A stretch of DNA of 64,000 nt. Origin: Gemmatimonadaceae bacterium (lineage in GTDB: Bacteria > Gemmatimonadota > Gemmatimonadetes > Gemmatimonadales > Gemmatimonadaceae). Position numbers and translations under genes: made by a program. The notes beneath the pieces are model-generated. The model did no database searches. It saw nothing but the letters and a program-made list of their open reading frames with translations, and was not told where the DNA came from. Below are positions 39,887 through 48,272 of the stretch, piece after piece (positions within the stretch are counted from its first letter, which is position 1; each line of letters begins with the position of its first letter). The stretch is from positions 512,001 through 576,000 of the forward strand of contig JBHYGA010000004.1 in NCBI GenBank assembly GCA_051859245.1, read 5' to 3'.

Positions 39887-41551
39887 TTACCGCGACGACT
39901 GGGCCGCACTCTTCGTCGGCCCAGGACACGCCGGCCACCCACGCGGCGTGCCGTCGGGGCCATTACCCTGCGGCACCAAATCGCGCGGCAACTTCTGCAC
40001 ATCTTCCGACGCCATGTACGCGAGCATCGCGATCAGCGTGGCGTTGTTGCGCAGGTCTTCGGGCACAATCTTGTCGTACGTGTCGCGGTTGGTGTGCCAC
40101 GTGGTGTTGCTGTAATCCCAGCCGAGCGCGCCGGTGCCAATGCCGGGCGCCTTGGCACACACGAACGTGGTGTGATCGGTGCCACCGGGGCCGCCAAACG
40201 GTGAGTTGTTGCCCAAGCGAATCCACTGCGTAATCTCCGACGGCATTTCGCTCATGTAACGCGTGAGGAACGCGCCGGCGTGTACGAACGGACCTGGGCT
40301 GATCGACGAAATGCGACCCGTGCCGTTGTCCTGATTGAACAGCATCTGCATGCCTTCAATCACTTCCGGATGCATCTCAACGTACGCCTTTGAGCCGTTG
40401 AGTCCCTGTTCTTCGGAGTTCCACAAACCGATCACAATCGTGCGCTTGGGATTCGGATACACCGTCTTCAGAATGCGCATCGCTTCGATCATCGTGAGTG
40501 AACCCGTGGCGTTGTCGGTCGCGCCCGAGCCACCGGTGAACGAATCAAAGTGCGACGACAATACCACGTATTCGTTTGGCAGTGTGCTGCCTTTGATCTC
40601 CGCAACAACATTGCCAACCGGGCGCTCCGGTCCCTTTTCTGCGGTGACCATCAGGCGAATCTTCGGCGACTGATTGTTTGCGGCGAGACGATACAATAGA
40701 CCCATGTCTTCGCAGCCGACGTCAACCGTAGGAACCTCCTGCTTCGCCGAACCAAATACTTTGTTGATGCCCGGATACTGCGAGAAGTTGGTGGTCAATG
40801 CGCCAAGCACACCGGCCGCCTTGAGTTTGGCTTGAATGTTGCCCGGTCCACCGCCGGCGAGTACACGCTGGTTGAACGAAGCGGAGAGTGCACTCTGCTC
40901 CTGCCGCAAACGGTCGCGCGATTCCGGCGTGCCGAACTCCGCCCACTGTGACGCCATGCGACACGAGAGCTGCGGTGCGTTCAGCAACACGAACTTGCCG
41001 CGTGCCGACGGAACCCACGCAGCGAAGAGTTCCGGCGTGACGACGGTATCGGGAATCACCACCACATTGCCTTCAACCCACTGTCCGTTGGTGCCGGGAG
41101 TCCATCCCATCGCGGTGACTTCAAGTCCACGCACGCGCGGGAACAACAACTCGCCGAACGCGGAGCCGTTCTTGAAGCTGTTCCAGGTGCCGTAGTTCTC
41201 AATGCGCGCGGGAACGCCCCACTTGTTGAACGTGGCCAGCATGTAGGCCTGCGCGCGGTCGGCGTCGGACGATCCCGTCAACCGAGGCCCGATGGAATCG
41301 AGCAATACTTGTGCGAACTGCATGACCTGCGAGCGCTGCATGCCTTCCTCAAAGATCTTGTTGATCATCGGGTCGGTGGCCGGCGTCGAGCGCACATACG
41401 GTGCATTGGCACGGTCTACCGGCAGCGCCTGCGGGTTGGTGGGCGGCGGCGTTGGGCCCGGAGGGCCTCCTCGGCCGCGCGGCTGCGCGAGGGCGTCGGC
41501 ACTGGTGGCACTCACGGCGAGTACGCCGATGAGGAGAGCTTTTTGAAGCAT
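39887..41551 (-). CDS. M28-family (carboxypeptidase Q-like) peptidase
   Basis: Signal peptide; GPRLTGS, SHFDS, GATDNATG, EEQGL, TDH, WHTNRD. Confidence 0.9.
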   Translation of the reverse strand: MLQKALLIGVLAVSATSADALAQPRGRGGPPGPTPPPTNPQALPVDRANAPYVRSTPATDPMINKIFEEGMQRSQVMQFAQVLLDSIGPRLTGSSDADRAQAYMLATFNKWGVPARIENYGTWNSFKNGSAFGELLFPRVRGLEVTAMGWTPGTNGQWVEGNVVVIPDTVVTPELFAAWVPSARGKFVLLNAPQLSCRMASQWAEFGTPESRDRLRQEQSALSASFNQRVLAGGGPGNIQAKLKAAGVLGALTTNFSQYPGINKVFGSAKQEVPTVDVGCEDMGLLYRLAANNQSPKIRLMVTAEKGPERPVGNVVAEIKGSTLPNEYVVLSSHFDSFTGGSGATDNATGSLTMIEAMRILKTVYPNPKRTIVIGLWNSEEQGLNGSKAYVEMHPEVIEGMQMLFNQDNGTGRISSISPGPFVHAGAFLTRYMSEMPSEITQWIRLGNNSPFGGPGGTDHTTFVCAKAPGIGTGALGWDYSNTTWHTNRDTYDKIVPEDLRNNATLIAMLAYMASEDVQKLPRDLVPQGNGPDGTPRGWPACPGPTKSAAQSSR

Positions 41552-41682
41552 GAGCTGGGATTGGTGAGGGTCGGCGGCGCGGAGACTCGCGCGCGCCGGT
41601 GATGGGAGGTAACGGTGTGAAGCTACGTTGTCGAAATGTGATCCGCTGACGATCGGCCCCAGCAAAGCCGCCTTGTCCGAAC

Positions 41683-41698
41683 GTATCACGCGTGATAC
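41683..41698. promoter_or_regulatory. Perfect 16-bp palindrome, probable TA operator
   Basis: gtatcacgcgtgatac immediately before the antitoxin start. Confidence 0.6.
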
Positions 41699-41706
41699 AC
41701 TACAAT

Positions 41707-41943
41707 ATGGATCACGTTTCTGTGCGCGAGCTTCGTAATCATGGGGGACGCGTCCTCCAGCGCGTCGCAGGAGGCGAAACGCTCACCGTGACGATGGACG
41801 GCGAGCCCATTGCCGAACTGCGGCCGGTCGCCGGACGAGCGCTGTCGGCAGCCACGCTGCTCAAGCGGTGGTCCAAGTTGCCGTTGGTGGACGCGAAGCA
41901 GTTTCGCGCCGATCTCGATCAGGTCATGGACGCCTCCCTGTGA
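41707..41943 (+). CDS. Phd/YefM-family antitoxin
   Basis: VSVRELRN...VL.RV..GE..TVT..G.PIAEL.P. Confidence 0.9.
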   Translation: MDHVSVRELRNHGGRVLQRVAGGETLTVTMDGEPIAELRPVAGRALSAATLLKRWSKLPLVDAKQFRADLDQVMDASL

Positions 41944-42368
41944 TCGACCACGCTCGACACGCCCGAGGAATCCTCGACACCAGCACCGTCATTCTGCTCA
42001 GTCAACTGGCTGACCCGAGCGTCCTGCCGGCTGAACCGTTGATCACAGCGATCACGTTGGCGGAGCTGACGGTCGGCCCGTTGGTGGCGACATCAGATTC
42101 GGAGCGGGCCGCCCGACAGGCGCATTTGCAGCAGGCCGAATCAGACTTTGACGCACTGCCGTTCGACGCGGCCGCTGCTCGCAGCTTCGGGCGTGTGGCG
42201 GCATCGCTCAGGCAGTCCGGTCGCAAAACGGCAGCCCGATCCTATGATGCGATGATTGCCGCTACCGCGTTGTCGCACGCGTTGCCGGTGTACACGTGCA
42301 ATCCCGACGACTTTGGCGGCATTGATGGGCTTGAGGTGATTCCGGTGCCGTGGCCGATCAGAGAATGA
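41940..42368 (+). CDS. VapC PIN-domain toxin
   Basis: ILDTSTVI, TLAEL, YDAMIAATA, T.N.DDF; GTGA overlap. Confidence 0.9.
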   Translation: MIDHARHARGILDTSTVILLSQLADPSVLPAEPLITAITLAELTVGPLVATSDSERAARQAHLQQAESDFDALPFDAAAARSFGRVAASLRQSGRKTAARSYDAMIAATALSHALPVYTCNPDDFGGIDGLEVIPVPWPIRE

Positions 42369-42862
42369 CGCTCGCACAACTGTCCGTCGGATTGCTCTGC
42401 CTCTACTGGGCCGCTGCGGGAACGACGCTCGGCGTGCTCATCTTCACCGCCGCTCTCGCGGTGCGCGCCACGATCTACACGATTGTCGCTCAACCAACCG
42501 GCGGCCTGGCCGGCGCAATGGTTGCCACGATGATGATGTTCTTTTTCGCAGCCGCCATTGCAGTGCTCTTTATGCTGCCGACTGCGTTCGTTTCCACATG
42601 CGCGTTTGCGATTGGCGCACGCATGGGAGCGTTCGACGATCACTCGCGTCGCGTACTGGCGGTGACGGCGATGATCGTGGGTGGAATCGGAACTGCGCTG
42701 TTTGTGTGGTCCGCCGGCTGGGAGCTTTCGGAAGCGTCCGCGGAATCGATCGCGTTGCTCGTTGGCCTGTGGCTGACGATCGCTGCAGGGTGGGCTGGTC
42801 CAAGACTCTTTATTCGTCAGCTGCGCCTTGGCCGATTTTCCCCAATCTCAGTGAACCGGTGA
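42365..42862 (+). CDS. Hypothetical multi-pass membrane protein
   Basis: Four or more hydrophobic helices; ATGA overlap with vapC. Confidence 0.6.
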   Translation: MTLAQLSVGLLCLYWAAAGTTLGVLIFTAALAVRATIYTIVAQPTGGLAGAMVATMMMFFFAAAIAVLFMLPTAFVSTCAFAIGARMGAFDDHSRRVLAVTAMIVGGIGTALFVWSAGWELSEASAESIALLVGLWLTIAAGWAGPRLFIRQLRLGRFSPISVNR

Positions 42863-44058
42863 TCAATCCCGTCTTTACCAAACAGGTGGCACGCGTAGGC
42901 CTGCTGAGCATTGCGATGGCGTCGTGCACCCACGAGTCTGCCGACGGACGTGTCGAGCGCACGCTTGTGAATGGAGTTGTCGAGGTGAACAACCGCGCTC
43001 GACTTGGCGCCGCGGCCACGTTGCAGCTGGATGATTTGGTGTTGCGTGACGTCGGTGGCCTGAAGGAACGCGAAGACGACGAGTTCAATCACAACAACGG
43101 ATATTTATCCGGCGTTGTGCTTTCGGATGGCGGGTTCGCCGTCATCGATTGGACGCGGGTACGTGTGTTTGATTCCGCAGGGGTGCAACGTGCTGTGATC
43201 GGGCGCGAGGGCGAAGGACCCGGAGAGTTCGCTGGCATTGAGAGCATTTGCCGAGCGGCCGATGATACGCTGATCGTGATCGACCAACGTCGTGTGAGCG
43301 TGCTCGACTCGCGCGGAGGGATTGTGCGTCAGACGATGCGGCAGGATTTCCGTCTCACGGGTGATGGCTGTTTTGACGACGGCTCACTGCTCTCGCACGA
43401 CTTCGCCGCATCAGGCAACAACGACGTGCAAAATCGCGCGGTAGTGCGACAAAGCGACGACGGTCACTTGCTGGATTCGCTCGGTGTGTTTCCGAGATAC
43501 GCATTTCGCGGCGTTGCGCAGTACATCCGCTTGCATCCGCACGGAGAACATGTGTACGTGAGCGACCCGCGTACCAACGAAGTGCGCCGCTACAAAAAGG
43601 ACGGTACGCTCGACCAGATCGTGCGCATGGCAGACAAGGCACGTCGAATTGACGAACGTTCTGCCGTACGATGGCTCGGTGGTCCCGCCGCCGCGATGGG
43701 CAGTCCAAACGCTTCTGATGTGCGCAATCAGAGTGAAGCACAAATGTGGCCATTCTACCGCAACATCAAGATTGATGGCACCGGACGGTTGTGGGTTCGC
43801 GACTTTCCCGCGAACGACACCGCGCCCGATCGATGGACGATCTACGACACGCTCGGCGTATTCGCAGGCAGTCTCGACATCCCGCGCGGGCCGCCGCGCA
43901 AGATCAACAATCCGCCACCAGGAGCTCCACCATTCATGCAAGGCAGCACGCCCGAGTTGATTGACGCGTATGGTGACGTCGTGATCTTGCTCGAGCGTGA
44001 TGCCGACGGGGCGGCGCATTTTCTGTCGCGGAAAGTCAGGCCGCGCGTGTTCGAATAA
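42859..44058 (+). CDS. 6-bladed beta-propeller lipoprotein
   Basis: MASC lipobox; GREGEGPGEF; DGTGRLWV. Confidence 0.75.
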   Translation: MINPVFTKQVARVGLLSIAMASCTHESADGRVERTLVNGVVEVNNRARLGAAATLQLDDLVLRDVGGLKEREDDEFNHNNGYLSGVVLSDGGFAVIDWTRVRVFDSAGVQRAVIGREGEGPGEFAGIESICRAADDTLIVIDQRRVSVLDSRGGIVRQTMRQDFRLTGDGCFDDGSLLSHDFAASGNNDVQNRAVVRQSDDGHLLDSLGVFPRYAFRGVAQYIRLHPHGEHVYVSDPRTNEVRRYKKDGTLDQIVRMADKARRIDERSAVRWLGGPAAAMGSPNASDVRNQSEAQMWPFYRNIKIDGTGRLWVRDFPANDTAPDRWTIYDTLGVFAGSLDIPRGPPRKINNPPPGAPPFMQGSTPELIDAYGDVVILLERDADGAAHFLSRKVRPRVFE

Positions 44059-44078
44059 CGCTTGGCTATCGCGCGCAA

Positions 44079-44495
44079 CTATTCAAGCACCGCGTCACCA
44101 ATACGACCCCACGTCTGAATGCGCTCGGCCGAGACTTTGATCAACGACACATCGGGATCCTCGGGACCATTCTCGAACCACTGTTCAAGTGACGTGTGCC
44201 AGTACTTCTTTTTGAGGTCCGCATCGTCCACGATCGTGCCGCTGCCCCAAACGGAAATAAAGCTCGGACCGTCGTGATCGGAGAACGTGAGCTGCACGCG
44301 ATCGTCGCGCGAGATTTCGGCGATCTTGGTGGAACTGGTACGCGCAAAGAACCAGTTGTCGCCGTCGTACTGCACTTCTCCATTGTTCGACATCGGGCGC
44401 GTGTTCACGCCGTGCTCGCCGACGGTCTGCATCATGCAGAAATCGATCTTCGCCATGGCCTTGGCAATGTCGCTGAACTCTTTGGTCTTTTTCAC
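44079..44495 (-). CDS. Pyridoxamine-5'-phosphate-oxidase-like / general stress protein
   Basis: TRPMSNNGEV.YDGDNWFF, WF..GPEDP; start uncertain. Confidence 0.8.
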   Translation of the reverse strand: MKKTKEFSDIAKAMAKIDFCMMQTVGEHGVNTRPMSNNGEVQYDGDNWFFARTSSTKIAEISRDDRVQLTFSDHDGPSFISVWGSGTIVDDADLKKKYWHTSLEQWFENGPEDPDVSLIKVSAERIQTWGRIGDAVLE

Positions 44496-44589
44496 GGCTG
44501 GGCCCGGTTGCGGTGATTGTGCGTCTCGCCTGACGAGCTTCTGACGAGTTGGCGCAGTGGTCATACACCGGTCGCAGTATTCGTTGCAT

Positions 44590-45795
44590 CTATTGCCGTA
44601 TGCGATACCGCTCCACGTACGGCACATCCAGCTCATCCAGTCGAACGCCCCACACCTGATCGCCCGCGAATGCACGTGGATCAAATCGGCGCGGCACGGT
44701 GACGCGTGCGATAAACGCGCCGGTGCTGTCGATCACATACCAATGCGCCGCGCGCTCCTCGAACATGGGCACAAACTCCTGCACCCAGATTCTGTCGGCG
44801 TCGTCAATGCGCACGCTGCCGAAGGCGGGCAACGTGTCTGACACCACGGCGTTCGAGTCCCGCGCGAGCGTCTGCTGGCGCGCGTTGCTGCTGAGCAATG
44901 TCACTGGCATCGCCACACGCACAATTGTCGTCTTGTCACCATCGACATCGTAGCGAACGAGTTCAAAACGATCGGTCTCGCCTGCGACCACGCTGTTTTC
45001 GCCAACAACGAACACCGAACCTCGGCCCATGCTGAGTCGTCGGACTTCAATACTGTTGATCTGTCCAGACGCCGTTCTGCTCACCTTGATGATGGATTCC
45101 TGAGACCGAAACTCAGCCAGCGCTTTGCGCATTGCGCCGGCCGAGTCGAGCAGCGCGACCCGCTCCGGTCCGCGCATGACGCCGGTTGGAATTTCATTGT
45201 TGTTCGCGACGATTGTGCTGTGCGTTGCCACGAGCGTTCCGTCGCCCAGTGCACCAATCACGCGGCTGCGACTGATGCCCTCGGCCGGCTCGGCCAGTCG
45301 CACCAGTCGTGCGTACGAGCCGTCCGGTCCGAACACCATGAGCCGCCCACTGGCATCGCTCGCGAGCAGTGAGTCCGCGCCCAGCCGGCTGAACTGCGAG
45401 ATGGTGCGAATGAATTCGCCCGGTCCCTCACCACTGCGTCCGGCCGTCCAAAGGTGCGAGCCGCTCTGATCAAACGCGCGTAGCTCGAGCGCCTGCGCAT
45501 CGGCTACCACCACGGCGCCGGTGGGAAGCAGCGCGAGGCCGACTACGCGTCCAAGCACCTCCGGGCCCGTTCCGTCGATCGACCCGATCCGCACCTCGGC
45601 CGAGTCGGCGATGGTCCAGACCGGCAGCTCGGAGGGCAGCCCGGCGTGCTCCACGATCGTCACGCCCGCGCTGTCGCGGACGGTGCCGCGGGCGGAGAGG
45701 TCGGCGGTGTCGGACGCGTTCGCGCAGCCGGTGGCGTGGAGAACGGTGGCGGTCAGCAGGGCAAGCGCGCCGAGCGTTGCTGGGGTACGTGTCAT
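44590..45795 (-). CDS. 6-bladed beta-propeller lipoprotein
   Basis: ATGC lipobox; GRSGEGPGEF; GVRLDELDVPYVERY. Confidence 0.8.
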   Translation of the reverse strand: MTRTPATLGALALLTATVLHATGCANASDTADLSARGTVRDSAGVTIVEHAGLPSELPVWTIADSAEVRIGSIDGTGPEVLGRVVGLALLPTGAVVVADAQALELRAFDQSGSHLWTAGRSGEGPGEFIRTISQFSRLGADSLLASDASGRLMVFGPDGSYARLVRLAEPAEGISRSRVIGALGDGTLVATHSTIVANNNEIPTGVMRGPERVALLDSAGAMRKALAEFRSQESIIKVSRTASGQINSIEVRRLSMGRGSVFVVGENSVVAGETDRFELVRYDVDGDKTTIVRVAMPVTLLSSNARQQTLARDSNAVVSDTLPAFGSVRIDDADRIWVQEFVPMFEERAAHWYVIDSTGAFIARVTVPRRFDPRAFAGDQVWGVRLDELDVPYVERYRIRQ

Positions 45796-45914
45796 GTGCC
45801 TGGGGAGGGGGCGGAGGCCGCTGGGTTGACGCAAGCGAGCGCGCGCGGCTGGCAACTACTGGTTATTCCGTAGGTTAGAAGTGGATGGGTGGTGCTGTCA
45901 ACCAGCGCCTTGCG

Positions 45915-45955
45915 ATGTAGCACACAAATGCTACATTAATAGCACACTTGTACTA
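45915..45955. promoter_or_regulatory. Tandem palindromic TA operators
   Basis: atgtagca-N6-tgctacat followed by tagca-cacttg-tacta. Confidence 0.6.
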
Positions 45956-45965
45956 CGGAGCACGC

Positions 45966-46193
45966 ATGGTCCGCGAACTTACGCTGCGTCAGGTTGGGGG
46001 CTCGATCGGCGCGACAATCCCGAAGGATATGGCCGAACGGCTGCACCTCGAGGCCGGAGATCGTGTGCTGGCCATTGAAACGGATCGCGGCATTCTGCTG
46101 ACGCCGTATGATCCGGACGTCGAGGCCGGACTCGCAATCGCGGCGCACGCGGCGAAGAAGTTCCGCAACGCGCTGCGCGAACTGGCGAAGTAA
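45966..46193 (+). CDS. AbrB/MazE-type addiction antidote
   Basis: LRQVGGSIGATIPK...GILLTPYDP...NALRELAK. Confidence 0.9.
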   Translation: MVRELTLRQVGGSIGATIPKDMAERLHLEAGDRVLAIETDRGILLTPYDPDVEAGLAIAAHAAKKFRNALRELAK

Positions 46194-46196
46194 GCG

Positions 46197-46592
46197 ATGG
46201 TTCGGTGGGTTCCGCGGCTGGTCGTGGATGCCGTGCATCTGGACCACCTGCGCGAGCACGGCGGCTTGCCGGGCGTTCGCGACGAGAATGCACTGGAAGC
46301 GGCGCTTGCACGGCCGAAACAAAAGGCGCACTACGAGCCGGACGCCGACCTCGCGACACTCGCGGCCGCGTACGCGTACGCGTTCGGACTCGTGCGTGGA
46401 CATCCGTTCAACGATGGCAACAAGCGCACGGCGTTTCTTATCACGATGGTGTTTCTCGGGCTCAACGCGAAAGAGCTTGACGCAACCGAGACAGAAGTCG
46501 TTCAGGTGATGACCGCACTCGCGGCGGGTTCACTGACGGAAGCGGCGATGGCACAGTGGATTCGTGAGCGTGTTGTACGGCTCACGCTGTAG
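46197..46592 (+). CDS. doc: Doc (Fic-family) toxin
   Basis: HGGLPGVRD..LE.AL.RP; HPFNDGNKRTA. Confidence 0.9.
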   Translation: MVRWVPRLVVDAVHLDHLREHGGLPGVRDENALEAALARPKQKAHYEPDADLATLAAAYAYAFGLVRGHPFNDGNKRTAFLITMVFLGLNAKELDATETEVVQVMTALAAGSLTEAAMAQWIRERVVRLTL

Positions 46593-47322
46593 CGTCAGGG
46601 TCGAGCGGTTCGCAGCAACCATGACTCGCCGTCTTCATTTGTCTGGAACCAGAGCACGTGTGTTGATGTGCGGTCCACGGTGCGCGGAGCGAAGCGGTCA
46701 GCGATCCCTCAGCGCGAACGTACCGTGTGCTACCCAGTACCGTTGCAACACGTTGTACCCGGGTATCGTCGCCGCTCGTGCGAAACACGCGTACGGTGTC
46801 GGTTACGACCGCGGCTTTTCCATACGTGCGACTCTCAAGCGCGAACCACACCGCACCGTCTTTGCAAGTCGCGCTCACTGGCAGGCCGAATACGGCGACG
46901 TCGGATGGAAGAGCAAGTTGTTTGACGTACTGTCCAGTCTCAGGTGAGAGCCACACGATGCGTCGCAAGTTTCGGTCGATCCACCCAGCGGCATCTGAGC
47001 AACCAAATACGGCGCCGATTGCGCTAAACTCACCCGGGCCTTCGCCGGTTCGGGCGAGCCGAGTCGCGCGACGGGTCTCCAGGTCGACCCATCCGAGATA
47101 CTGTGCGGGTCCGGAGACCAACACGAAACGCTCACCCGCGAGCGCTACGTAGCTGGGAATATCGATCTCGAGATCGGTGAGAGAGATTGAATCGGAGCGC
47201 GCGCTCACCCGCTGCGCATGCGTGCTGTCAAAAGCCGTACATACGACAAGCGTCGCGGCAAGAAGCGGCCGACCAATGCGTGCTGCTATACCAGGATGCA
47301 TCGTAGCGTGGCTGGAGTCCAT
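46582..47322 (-). pseudogene. Probably 3'-truncated beta-propeller protein
   Basis: ARTGEGPGEF; much shorter than its paralogs, and the reading degrades after about 46670. Confidence 0.5.
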
Positions 47323-47501
47323 GAGTGCAACCTGCGCTGCTGAACAAACCTTGATTCCACGCCAAACGTCACTTCGACGTGAAATTTCATGCGCCTTCCC
47401 ACAGAGCACTGCAGAGCGGCGTGCACAGTCGCTTGTCACATATACTTGCATCCCCACGTACGCGGACTCACTTTCGCTTGACTCACTTCACTGAGGCCAC
47501 A

Positions 47502-47666
47502 ATGCATCGTGTTGTACCAGTGCTGAGGCTTGCGCTCGCAAAGGGCATCGCTGAGGGCGCCGACGGACGGATCTACGTCTACGAACACAGCACACAGGAC
47601 ATTCGCGTCACCGATGATGACGACGTGCCGCAGGTGGGCCGACTTACCATCGAGCGTGGAGGGTGA
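47502..47666 (+). pseudogene. Collapsed beta-propeller remnant (early blade fused to C-terminus)
   Basis: GADGRIYVYEHSTQDIRV joined directly to TDDDDVPQVGRLTIER. Confidence 0.5.
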
Positions 47667-48226
47667 ACGACACCGCCGCTCGTCGCGTGCATGTGCTCGG
47701 CGGGTCTGGATCAGGGACCTCCACGCTCGCCCGCGCGCTCGCCGCGGAACTGCAGTACGCGTGCTTTGACACCGACGACTTCTACTGGCTGCCGAGCAAT
47801 CCACCGTTTCAACAGAAGCGGAGTATCCCGGAGCGCATCGCGCGGCTCGACGCGGCGCTTTCCAATCAGAGCCGTTGGATGTTGTCGGGATCATTCGCCG
47901 GATGGGGAGACGTCTTCATCCCATATCTCACCGATGTGATCTTCCTGACGCTTGATCCGAGTGTCCGCATGGCGCGTTTGCGTGAGCGTGAAGTTACACG
48001 ATACGGTCACGCGCGCATCGCCGCTGGTGGTGAGTTGCATGACGCACACAACGCGTTCATGAAGTGGGCGGCGCTCTATGATGTTTCCGGGCACACGCAG
48101 CGCAGTCGTGAACAGCATGAGCGGTGGCTTGCACAGTTGCCAGCGCACATCAACGTGCATCGATTGAGTAGTGAGCAGTCACCGTTGATGCTGGTGCGCG
48201 CGAGCCGTCACGCGTTGTTGTTGTGA
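47663..48226 (+). CDS. Adenylate-kinase-like P-loop protein
   Basis: GGSGSGTSTL, DTDDFYWLP, LSGS..GWGD. Confidence 0.8.
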   Translation: MNDTAARRVHVLGGSGSGTSTLARALAAELQYACFDTDDFYWLPSNPPFQQKRSIPERIARLDAALSNQSRWMLSGSFAGWGDVFIPYLTDVIFLTLDPSVRMARLREREVTRYGHARIAAGGELHDAHNAFMKWAALYDVSGHTQRSREQHERWLAQLPAHINVHRLSSEQSPLMLVRASRHALLL

Positions 48227-48272
48227 CGAACGTGCTGCAGTTCGTCGCTCAGCATATTCAAGAACAATAGCT

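Noticed and set aside
46366..46382. gcgtac duplication (AYAYA) in doc as a phase-variable repeat
   Set aside because: In frame, only about 2.5 units, and the catalytic motif is intact
47663..48226. Walker A Lys-to-Thr change (GSGTST) as a sign of inactivation
   Set aside because: A Thr at this position is common in this adenylate-kinase-like subfamily
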